A stretch of DNA of 64,000 nt from Eledone cirrhosa. Its lineage: Eukaryota. The position numbers were made by a program, and so were the translations under genes. Under the pieces are notes generated by a model, which was not told the origin of the DNA, did not search any database, and saw only the letters and a list, made by a program, of their open reading frames with translations. The DNA is taken from NCBI GenBank assembly GCA_964016885.1, contig OZ024758.1, forward strand, positions 25,606,001 through 25,670,000. The letters run 5' to 3'. This document shows, piece after piece, positions 40,968 through 53,400 of this stretch. Position 1 is the stretch's first letter; each line of letters opens with the position of its first letter.

Positions 40968-41779
40968 ATAATAATAAATATGAAGACTAAAATCCGAAGA
41001 GGGCTTGATAAGGATAATATCATCATCATCATTCTGAGGTTACTGTAGAAAAGAAACAGGAGAATGTATTCATCATCATCATCATCATCATCATTTTACG
41101 TCTGCTTTTCCCTGCTTGCAAGGGTGGGACGGGAACTGATTCTGGCTTGATTTCTACAGCTGGATGCCCTTCCTAACACCAACCTCATTTACAGTGAGTG
41201 CTGGGTGCTTTTTTGCTGTGGCACCTCCACGACCACTTTGCAGTGGAATGATAGGGACCCCAGTCCCTATCATCTCATTTCTACAGCTGAGTAAACTGGA
41301 GCAATGTGAAATAAAGTGTCTTGCTCAAGGAAACAACACATCACCCGGTCTGAGAATTGAACTCACAACCTTTCGATTGCAAGGCCAATACTCTAACCAC
41401 TAACCACTATATATATATATGTAAAAGTTCTATTTAAATTGTTGGGATACAACAAGCAAATATTTTTATAACTGATATAAAGCACTCAAGAAATAATTGG
41501 AGTAAAAATACGATATTAACAAATGGAAACCCAACGGCTTATTTAAAAATATCCAATACTAACTTACCTAATAGTATAATTAAAGATATAACTCCACATC
41601 CGGGAGCTTCCAACAGTAATGGTTGCATTCTTTAAGGGTATGTCAATATTTATTTATAAAACTGCTCTATATTATATTTTATCTGTTGAAAGCACACCAT
41701 AATTTAACTTGGTGTCCTTGAAATATGTATAATGAAATAAATATGGGTTTATAAATATAGTTTCCATTTGTTAATATCG

Positions 41780-41811
<32 letters not shown>

Positions 41812-42286
41812 AACGGAAAAAATGAAACGATATTTCATTTCCCACTCTTAGTACGGCTGTTACTTAAATATAAGTATGTACACGTACATACATATATGTA
41901 TACCGACGTACAGTAGTATGTATATATATATATATACATACATGCACACATATATATATGCACGATATGCAAATTGGGCTACTCAGCCGTTAATATGCAT
42001 AAGGTAAGTATATACGTTCAACAATCTGGCAGGAAGGTATACGTTGCTGACGATAGCTAACAAGCTTGAAACTAGTACAGCGTTCCTTTGTCGGTGTTGA
42101 ACAAACGAGCAACGGTGGTTGCTAGACACTACGGCTTAATATGGGATGTTTGTTTACAAACACACCGAGCATTATAATAAATATTCGGTGAATCCATACG
42201 TGCATATATATATGTGTGCATGTATGTATATATATATATACATACTACTGTACGTCGGTATACATATATGTATGTACGTGTACATA

Positions 42287-42333
<47 letters not shown>

Positions 42334-45031
42334 GAGGTGTGTCAGAAAAGTTCCAGGATTGATGTCACAAAAGATTTATTTCAAACCCAAACTTCACACT
42401 AAGAGTTTTCTCTTTCAAAGTAATCCCCCTGGAGTATGTAACTGTAATCTTAGCTCTCTTCAGCGATCAAACTTTTTTCTTCATAATTTTATATACATGT
42501 CCTCTGTTTCAGGTCGTCAAGCAATGAACACAGAGCAACGAACGGTTGAGGAAAACTACGTCAGAAGCACTGGGATTGCTGCAGCAAGTGTATGGAGATG
42601 AGACGATATCACGCTCACGTGTTTTTGAGTGGTGCAAGAGGTTTAAAGAAGGACACGAGGACGTGGAAGATGACCCCAGGAGCAGAAGGCCCTCAACAAC
42701 CAGCACTGGGGTCAACGTTGAGCACGTCAGGAAGATGGTGCATAGCAATCATCGGCTGACTGTTCGACTGATGGCAAATGAGCTGGGCATGAATCGGGAC
42801 AGCATCTGGAAGATTCTCACTGAAGATTTGGACATGCGGAAAGTCTGCGCGAAGATGGTGCCAAAACTGCTGAATGATGACCAGAAGGGTCGACGCATGC
42901 AAGTGTGCCAGGACATCCTCGAGCGTCTTGAAACCAAACCAGACTTGCTGGGACAGTCATCACCGGTGATGAGTGATGGATCTTTGAGTACGACCCGGAG
43001 GGGACCCATTTTGAAGACGTGGACAACGAAACTGCGGAGGATCCCGGAAGAATCTTTCCAGGAGTGCATGCAAGCATGGCAGAAAAGGATGGAAAAGTGC
43101 ATTAGGCTCCAGGGGGATTACTTTGAAGGAGAAAACTTTTAGTGTGAAGTTTGGGTTTGAAATAAATCTTTTGTGACATCAGTCCTGGAACTTTTCTGAC
43201 CCACCTCGTATATATATATATATATGTAGATAAATCATCCCTAAAATAATCTTTCATTCATAATATTCTTTCCATCGAAAACTGAAATCTACCCCTAAAT
43301 TAAGGCTCTATTACTACTATTTTACCATCTTGACCTTCACTATCTTTCTATTGGTCAATTCAAAACCTGTTCCCAAACAGACCTATTGTATTAAATCTTT
43401 GTTGGTTTTTTTCAATAAACAAATATCATTATTTCTGAAGACAGCATATATATGTGTAGGTATGTATATTCCTTTTGATAGTTTGTAAAAATTTTACATA
43501 GATCTATAGGATATGCATACCAACACTAACATATATATCCTAGAAACGATCGTAAAATGATGAATTTTTTAATATAAGGAACTGTTTCTTTGTTTATTCA
43601 TTATTTTTATTAATTTATATATATATATATATATATTGTTATACTTGGGGAGGGTCATATTGTTGTAATAATATTGCCAGAAATAATAACAGAACACACT
43701 CACTGTTTTGGTTGGTTTTCGATTCTGTTTCTTTTATATCTCCACAGTTAATTTATTTGGTCCTCAATATTTATCATTGACTGATCAACGGTCAAAAATA
43801 CAGATGTACACACATATAGTCTAACAAAGTTCTTTCGTTGCACATCTGCAACATCATCAGTGGTACTATTATGTTCATAATAGTACCACTGATGATGTTT
43901 AAGATGTGCAACGAAAGAACTTTGTTAGACTATACAGGGTGTGGACGATATTTGTTCGCAACTTTCAAATGCTAATTTCATGCAAATTTTTTTTACTTCC
44001 GTTCTCACTCTTGTCTTCATAAAAACAGTGACTATATTTCCATTATTTATTTTCAGAATAATTGATTATGAATAATTTTGAACCTCCAAATTTGTGGAAG
44101 AGACACGGAGTTCTTCTTGGAATCTGCGCCGGGAGAACAAATAAGGACCAGAAGATCAACTCCCAGAACAACAGGTGGCTCGCTGTCTCATCCAAAGATG
44201 TGCCCAGAATAAAGTTTCCAGCGACAACATAGGTCTTAGGTGTCGTCAGCAGTCAAGGTGACGTTATGCCACCTCACTTCTTCCCTGAGGGCCTCAAGCT
44301 GAACACCGGTGGCTACATCCGCGTTCTGAGCGAGGTAGTAAATCCCTGGATCGACCAGGTAGCTGCAGGTAGGCCGTACATGTGGCAGCAAGACTCAGCG
44401 TCCTGCCATACCAGCCGAAAGACCCAAGCCTGGCTGTCAGAGAACTTCGTCGACCACACTTCACCTGACATCTGGCCTCCCAGCTCGCCTGACTGCAACC
44501 CCCTCGACTTCTTTGTGTGGGGCGCAGTGGAACGAGACACCAACAGATCTAGCTGCAATACGAAAAACGATCTGAAGGCCAGGATCACAAGTGCCTTTAG
44601 GAGCCTAAGTCGGGGAACAGTGACGAAGGCCTGTAGCCGGTTCCGAAGCCGCCTTGAGGCCGTCATCAAAGCCAATAGCGGGTTTATCGAGTGAGATCGA
44701 AAGAACAAGTCATGCAGACAAACTGACCCAAGTTTGATAAATATATCTTAACAAATAAAACTACTGTGTTACTTTTTAAGATATCGTCCGCACCCTGTAT
44801 ATGCGTTTATATCTATATTATATCTGTATTTTTTACCGTTGGTCAGTCAATGGTAAACATTGAGGACCGAATGAATTAACTGTGGAGATATAAAAAATAC
44901 AAAAGCGAAAACCAACCAGACAGTGAGTGTGTTCTGTTATTATTTCTGGCAATATTATTACAACAATATGACCCTCCCCAAGTATAACAATATTTGTTTC
45001 GACACACAATTTCATATCAAAAACCTTGCAA

Positions 45032-45086
<55 letters not shown>

Positions 45087-47122
45087 GTAGAAACTGGAGG
45101 GTAATATGCGTAGTAGTAGATCACTCAATCCAGGGGTGGCAGAAACTCGAGTTCGGGAACTACGTATAGGTACCCGTTTACGTGTGTTGTATCCAAGCGA
45201 ATAACTATGTGTATACACTGGGAGTGTATTTTACCTATTGAGTACGCTGAGATGCAACCGGTCCTAGCATTGATACCTATGCTGGGTCCGTCAACTTATT
45301 ATTATTATATATATATGGTGGATTGGCAGTATCGGTAGAGGGTCGGACACCATGCTTTCCAGCATAGTTACGTCCCTTTACGATCTGAGTTCAAATCCCG
45401 CCGAGGTTGACTTTGCCTTTCATCCTTACGGGGTCGATAAAATAAAGTACCAGTAATGCACTGGGTATTTGCTGGCCTTGTGCCTAAAGTAGAAACAATT
45501 ATTATATATATATGGAGGCACATGACTTAGTGGTTAGAGCATTGGCCTTGCAATCGAAAGGTTGTGAGTTCAATTCTCAGACTGGGTGATGTGTTGTTTC
45601 CTTGAGCAGGGCACTTTATTTCACATTGCTCCAGTTTACTCAGCTGTAGAAATGAGATGATAGGGACTGGGGTCCATATCATTCCACTGCAAAGTGGTCG
45701 TGGAGGTGCCACGGCAAAAGAACACCCAGCACTCACTGTAAATGAGGTTGGTGTTAGGAAGGGCATCCAGCTGTAGAAATCAAGCCAGAATCAGTTCCCA
45801 TCCCACCCTTGCAAGCAGGGAAAAAGCGGACGTAAAATGAAATGATGATGATATATAAACACACACAATATGTAGAATTCCGATGTAAATCTGGAGGTGA
45901 CCACTGTGAATACATTAGTAGAGTATAGGCATATTCATTTTATTATAGAAATTACTTCTACAGGATTAGAACTGTCTCATTGGTAGGAAATCATCCTGAT
46001 GATTATGTATGTTATATATATATATATATATATATATGAAAAAAAGGAAAAGAATGTGTTCATCGTAGTGTTAAAAAATTTTTGATTTAATTTTATAATA
46101 TTATAATATTATACAATTAAATCAAAAAATTTTTAATACTTCAAGTGAAGTCATTCTTTTCCTTTTTTTCAAATATACCTAACTGTACCAAGGATCTCAC
46201 ACATTTTCCAATACAGTGAAGGAGGCAGAGGATTTGATGCAGGAGGTTGAGACTGTGTCGATGAGTGTGGGGCTGAGAATGAATGAGACTAAAACAAAAT
46301 ATCTGGTAGAGAATGTTGAGAAGCCAGAGGGGATCACTAATGTAGGCGGGAAGCCGCTAGAATTGGTTGAGGACTTCCTGTATTTGGGAGCAAAGATTGG
46401 GAATACGGAAGATGATGTGGGTGAGAAGAAGAACAAAGCCTGGGCAGCGTGCCACAGCTTGAGATCGATGTGGGAGTCGGACCTTCGTAAAGACCTGAAA
46501 ATCCGCCTCTTCATTGCTTCTGTGCTGCTGTACGGGTCTGAGACTTGGACACTGACCAAGAAACTCACTCAGATGGTGGATAGGTGCTACACGAGAATGC
46601 CGAGGATGGCTCTGAACATTAATCAATATACACTGAGGATGAAAAACTCAGAGCTGTATGGGAGCCTCCCAAAAGTCAGCTCAAAAGTGACACAGAGGAG
46701 ACTGAGGTTAGCTGGACATGCTCACCGAATCCAGAGTTGACATTGCACTCAGTGCTCCTGTGGGAGCCCCTACATGGACACACTGGAAGAGGAAGACCAA
46801 GGTTAACGTATGTTGATGCCCTAAGGACAAACACTGGTCTCTTGGAGATGCAGGACATGGCAGCGATAATGAGGGACAGAGACCTGCCCTAGAATAGAAT
46901 ATATATATATATATATATATATAGTAATAATAATAAATTTGAAGACTAAAATCCAAAGAGGGCTCGATAAGGATAAATATATATCAAATATATAAGAACC
47001 CTAGAGCAAATATTTATTAAAATAACAGATTAAAGTTTAAGCAAAGAATCGCTGCTTTCACCCTTAATGGGATCCCGTTAAGGGTGAAAGCAGCGATTCT
47101 TTGCTTAAACTTTAATCTGTTA

Positions 47123-47182
<60 letters not shown>

Positions 47183-50100
47183 CACACACATATATATATA
47201 TCCCACATGTGTAGGTTGAAACTAGCATGGGAAGGAAGGTAGTAAAAGCAGAAGTTGTTCTAGTCTTAGAGAAGTCATCTCTCCATGAAATAAATGTCTA
47301 TCTTCTCTACTAATATATTGAGTACCTTATTGAACTGGTCATATTTTCCATTCCTCTTCAAAAAACCCATTCTTCATATGTATACATATACTGACACACA
47401 CAAACATACATATACATACACACATAATATACCACATGCTCATACAATAAAATATATTAGAAATATAATTAATTTTATATATACACACCACACTGTGTAG
47501 ATTAATAGTAAAGAAAGCTTACATACACACAGACACACGTATATTAACCTTTTAGCATTTACATTACTCTATATTTACTATTGTATTTTCACGGTAAAGG
47601 GTTTTATCTCACATAAATATCTCAAATAATATCGAACCTATGACATTTTGATATTACCTTTACTTCCCTCTGAAGAAGAGATATTATCTCAAAACTTAAG
47701 GAAATTTAAGGTAAAAGACTAATTGTCAGCGATATCTTTTGTATTTGTATTTCATCATCATCGTTTAACGTCCATCTTCTACGCTTGTATGAGTTTGGAC
47801 AGGCTTTTTATATTCTATATCCATACATGCATTGTTCTGGCCTTCTAGCTCCAAACGTTTATACCTCATTACGCAATGCTTCAAGTAAACTACAATTTCC
47901 TTCATTTTGATATTATTTATTTTGAGAACAATACCTTAACATCAGTATGAGTGGCTAGTTATTGTCAGTTTGAGCAGAAAGAGGTGAGATAATTCTGGCC
48001 AGTTTAAATGCTAAAGGGTTAAACATACATACACTCACATATTTACAATGTATACTTGATATTTCTCACAAAACTTGTATGTAAATGTTACTTATACATA
48101 ATATATATATATGCCATATTATCTGACACTGATATTTTATAAGAGACATTTTAATCAACAGAATAATCACAAAGTTGTTTAACCCTTTAGCATTTACATT
48201 ACTCTATATATATACTATTGAATTTTTGAGGTAAAGGCTTTATCTCACATAATTATCTCACATTATCGAATCCACGAGATTTTGATATTATATATTTTGA
48301 GAACAATACATTAACATAAGTATGAACAGCCGGTTAAAGCCAGTTTGAACAGAAAGAAGTGAAAGAATTCTGGCCGGATATGGCTGGTTTAAATGAATCA
48401 ATGGCCAACTAAGGATGACTAGCTGTAGGAAGTATAGCTTCAATGGCAGTGCCCCAGCATGGCCTCAGACTGTCGGCTGGCAGACATAACGTGGTAATAG
48501 AGTAATTTTATATAAATTCAATGCAACTATTCAATAATTCTTCTTATTTTTGTCACAAGGCCAGCAATTACCCCAGTACATTACTGGTGCTTTATTTTAT
48601 CAACCCAGTAAGGATGAAAGGCAGTAAAGCTAACCCTGGCAAGATTTGAACTCAGAACGTAAGGGGCCATAACTCTATGCTGCAAAGCATGGTGTCTGAT
48701 GCTCTACCGACTCTGCCAATCCACCAACCTTTAGTCAATAATTGTTTCTACTTTTGGCACAAGGCCAGCAATTACTCCAGTGCATTACTGGTACTTTATT
48801 TTATTGACCCCCGTAACGATGAAAGGCAAAGTTAACTTCAGTGGGATTTGAACTCAGAACATAAAGGGCCATGACTCTATGCTGCATAGCATAGTGTCTG
48901 ATGCTTTACTGACTCTGCCAATCCAATAATGTTTACTAGTTTAGTTAATTGAGTAGCATAAAGTAATAACCAGATGGGTATAACATGTGATTAAATAATC
49001 TTAAGTTCTAATGCTGTTTGCTAAAAGATTATTATTTTGAAAACTAAGATCATTGACTTTTATCAACTTTGCTGACCTTTTCTTTGTTATTAATTAGAAG
49101 GTAGAGATGCCATTAAAGAAATAAATCTGTTAAACTTAGTGAAAAGGCCAATGTCATGAAAAGAACAACTATTTGTCTTTGGAGAGCTTTATGAACTTTC
49201 TTAAGTAGCTAGAACAATTTAGTCAACCTCATGGATAAGACACTTAAAATGGTTTTTTTTAGAGAAAGAAAGATAACTGAAGGTTTAAAATCCAGAAGAA
49301 CCACAAGTGAAGTGGACACAAACAGATCTGACAGGTTCAATCTTTTGATAAGATCAACCCACTAAAGTGTTTAGTTTAACATTCTTTTTTTTAAATACTT
49401 TTTAAAATGTTAACACATTGTGTAGTTTAGAATCTTAGATCAAAGTTTGCAGCAATATCATCATTGATCAGTTGAAGCCATTCCCTTATCATAATCATCA
49501 TCATCATCATTTTACGTCCGCTTTTCCCTGCTTGCAAGGCTTGCACGGGTCCTATTCAGCACATCATCTCTCCACTTGTCACGGTCCTTCGTCATCTCCT
49601 CGGTGAGTTTCAGCGGTCAGAGGTCTGCTCTCACTACCTCCGCCCATGTTTTACGTGGTCTACCTCTACTGCATCTTCCTTCTACAGGGATTTCTTGGCA
49701 CTTCTTTACCATGCACATCACATGTCCATACCATCTCAGCCTTCTCTCCTGCACACAACTTATCCCTCTTATACCCAGTTTCTTTCTCAACTCGTCTATG
49801 CTTGGTCGTTCACACACATTGACATTGCACATCCAACGGAGCATACTTGCTTCTTTTCTCTCCAGCCGTCGAATTATCCTCTGCAGTTGCTGCCCATGTC
49901 TCACTACCATGCAGCAACGTGCATCTCTCACAGGCATCATATAACCGGCCTTCCGTATGCAGGGAGAAACCCTTATGCATATGAAATAGGATACTTCTGA
50001 GGTTTAGATGTGTGTATGATTTATGCATGCATGATCTCATAACTCCTGAAAGAGTCGTAAGGGTGGTGTATTGATATATAGCGCTTCTAGGGCAGAATCG

Positions 50101-50368
50101 GTAGAGCATCAGATTGGCAGAATCGGTAGAGCATCAGACACCAAGTTTTGCAGCAGAGTTATGGCCCTTTACGTTCTGAATTCAAATCCCGCCAAGGGTT
50201 AACTTTGCCTTTCATCCTTACGGGGTCGATAAAATAAAGTACCAGTAATGCACTGGAGTAATTGCTGGCCTTGTGCCAAAAGTAGAAACAATTATTTAAA
50301 ACATGGCAGAGCCCAACCCCTTTCCAGGTCTGAAGACAGCAGATTTCTTCCAGAGAATGATACAAAGT

Positions 50369-50412
<44 letters not shown>

Positions 50413-53400
50413 GTAACAAAGAAATATAGAGGAAGAATCGACTCCAGTACTAAACTGGTACTTTTTTTTATTGACCTCAAAAGGATGAAAAGCGAAGTTG
50501 ACGTTGGTGGGATTTGAGAGAGCAAAGGGCCAAAACAAGTACCACAAAGCAATCTCTCTGAAATACTCATGACTGCCAATTTTCCGCCTCTGTATGATTT
50601 ATAGGAACAACTATTATACAAACAGATCTCATTCCTGGCTGGGACAAAAGTCTCTAATTTCTATCTCTAATCTATCTTGGTATAACTATGACTAATTCCA
50701 TACACATTACTCCACCTGGCTATTATCAAATCAAGGTAGCATAATTCAGATATTCTTACGACACAACAACCCTTTACTACTTGAAATCAAGCTAACTAGC
50801 AAGACTACTGCCATTTCTGTGTTGTTTCAACCCCCCCCCCCCCTCCACACACACACACACATACACACCACATCACACCTGTCTCAGGCAACAAAGTAGG
50901 TGACTGAAACCACCCTGCTAGGTATAACCCAACCACCTCTTGCCAAGTGGTTCACTTTCATCTATTATACTGCAGCACATACAAAGACTACTGCCTACAT
51001 ATGGGTGATACCACCCACTACAACCAACTACAGGTTGTTTATCTACCTCAGCACAGATAAGGACCATTAAAAAAGAAAAAAAGATACTTCCGGCTCTCTT
51101 CTAAGAGTGTTTCCATTAACTTTGTATAATCTTTCTATTTACCACTCCCAACCCAGATCACTATAAGTGGTACTTCCACTTATAAAGCCACCATAACTAC
51201 AGCAGTATCTATTGCAGGTTAGCCTTCAACTCTAGACTGTACACACATAACAAAACTCCTCCCAAACTCTCTCTCTCTCCTCTCCACCAGTTTTAACACT
51301 CTAATAACAATAATAAAGTTTCTACTTTTGGCACAAGGCCAGCAATTACTCCAGTGCATTACTGGTACTTTATTTTATCGACCCCGTAAGGATGAAAGGC
51401 AAAGTTAACCTCGGCGAATTTGAACTCAGAACGTAAAGGGACGTAACTCTATGCTGCAAAGCATGGTATCTGCCGCTCTACTGATATGTCAAACCACCGC
51501 CCTGATAATAATAATAATAATTGTTTCTACTTTTGGCACAAGGCCAGCAATTACCCCAGTGCATTACTGGTACTTTATTTTATCGACCCCGTAAGGATGA
51601 AAGGCAAAGTTAACCTCGGTGGGATTTGAACTCAGATTGGAAAGGGCCGTAACTCTATGCATCAAAGCATAGCGTCCGACCCTCTACCAATACTGTCAAT
51701 CCACTGCCCTGAAAATTAATGTGTACAGTGCTCAGGTGCACTACAACTCATCAAAGGTGCATGTATAGTACATAGAATAATGTACAAATGAATGGTGTAT
51801 GAGTCATGATATACACACAGATACATGCATGCGTGTGTATGGAGGGGGAATATCAGGTGTAGTGTTGTCAAATTTCAGGAAGCATGGAAGTGTTCAGCCA
51901 AGAACTGATGCAGGTAGTTTGTTCCATGCTACAGCAACTCTGAGCATGAAAATATGTTTCCAAAAGTCAAGGTAGCTGTGCTGTTTTCTGGCTTTGTAGG
52001 CATATCCATGGGTGTTGGACACATGGAATTCAAAAAGGTGCTCAGGGTTGTTGTTAGAAAGATGATTAATACAGTTGTGGCACATATAAAACTCCTCTCC
52101 ATCAGTTTTAACACTATGTACATGCAGATGTCAAGTGGGAATGCTTCTTTCATCACTATTAGGCAACGAGTCCAGACAGTGTTCATTCCATTATTCTTAA
52201 ACATAGAGAAACATCCCACAAGCTAAATTAACCCTTTACCAATTACATTACTCTATATTTACTATTATATTTTCACAGTAAAGGCTTTATCTTACATAAT
52301 TATCTCACATAATATCGAATGTATGAGATTTTGATATTATTTATTTTGAGAACAATGCCATAACATCAGTATGAGTGGCTAATTACAACCAGTTTGAACA
52401 GAAAGAGGTGAGGGAATTCTGAACCGAAAAGCATACCCTAGAGCCATTCCCATACTGCTGAAGAATAGATTCACTCTCCACTTCATTATATTTTCAATTA
52501 ATTTTGATTAATTTAAATTCCTAATTTATTGCCCTTGTCTCTCTCTTGTCCAAAATTTATCCTTAAGATAATTATTATCCTTTTAGTATTTAAATTTCTT
52601 AGCCAATAATCTTAAGTCTGTTAGCACCTACTTTACTCTTTGTTTTTCACACAACAGACACTCTTGTGAATTTTCTCCAAGCCATTCTAACACAAATTAT
52701 TGCCCCTTACATCATGTATCAATGGAAGAGGTCATATTATAACAATGCTACATCAATCATAAGATTTAACCCTTTAGCATTTACATTACTCTATATTTAC
52801 TATCATATTTTCACAGTAAAAGGCTTTACCTCACATAATTATCGTAATATCGAATCATAATATCGAATCTACGAGATTTTGATAATATTTATTTTGAGAA
52901 CAATACCTTAACATCAGTATGCGGGGCCAGTTATGGCCAGTTTGAAAAGAAAGAGGTGAGAGAATTCTGGCCGGATATGGCCAGTTTAAATGCTAAAGGG
53001 TTAAGATTACATATATGAACTACATGTTACATTAATTCTTGAAAGGAATATAAGATAAAGAATATAAAAATCCAAAAATTATGAATCTCTAAAGAATTCT
53101 TACCTGTATTGTTAGATTTTTGAGAATTTTGAGTTAGAGCTGAACTTAATACCATAGTGCCATGATCAGTATGGATTAACCTTTCCTGGAGATTGGCAAG
53201 TAAATTCTCATTTGATTTACTTTCTTCATCCTGAAAGAAAAGACAAAATCCTGAATAATAGAGCACGTATTTGTATATTTTCAATATGAGATACACACAA
53301 AACTATAAACACATACAGATATCATCATCACCATCATCATCATTTTACGTCCGCTTTTTCCCTGCTTGCAAGGGTGGGACGGGAACTGATTCTGGCTTGA

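Larger units (their letters stand above)
43633..45035. mobile_element. Fold-back element (~170-bp arms) hosting nested insertions
   Basis: 43633-43805 is the reverse complement of 44822-44993; one-sided extension to ~45035. Confidence 0.85.

Noticed and set aside
41164-41403. Recurrent 79-aa [17 protein letters not shown]...
   Set aside because: Antisense reading of SINE family B, recurring with each copy
42546-43142. Intact transposase gene
   Set aside because: Catalytic DDD region deleted or frameshifted; non-autonomous (likewise 44266-44694 lacks the N-terminus)
45110-45155. GAAACTCGAGTT preceded by a weak hairpin (hammerhead 3' half)
   Set aside because: The CTGANGA half is not recognisable; at best a heavily decayed relic
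45513-45590. tRNA gene candidates at SINE heads
   Set aside because: A/B boxes present, but they continue into SINE bodies and lack a complete cloverleaf
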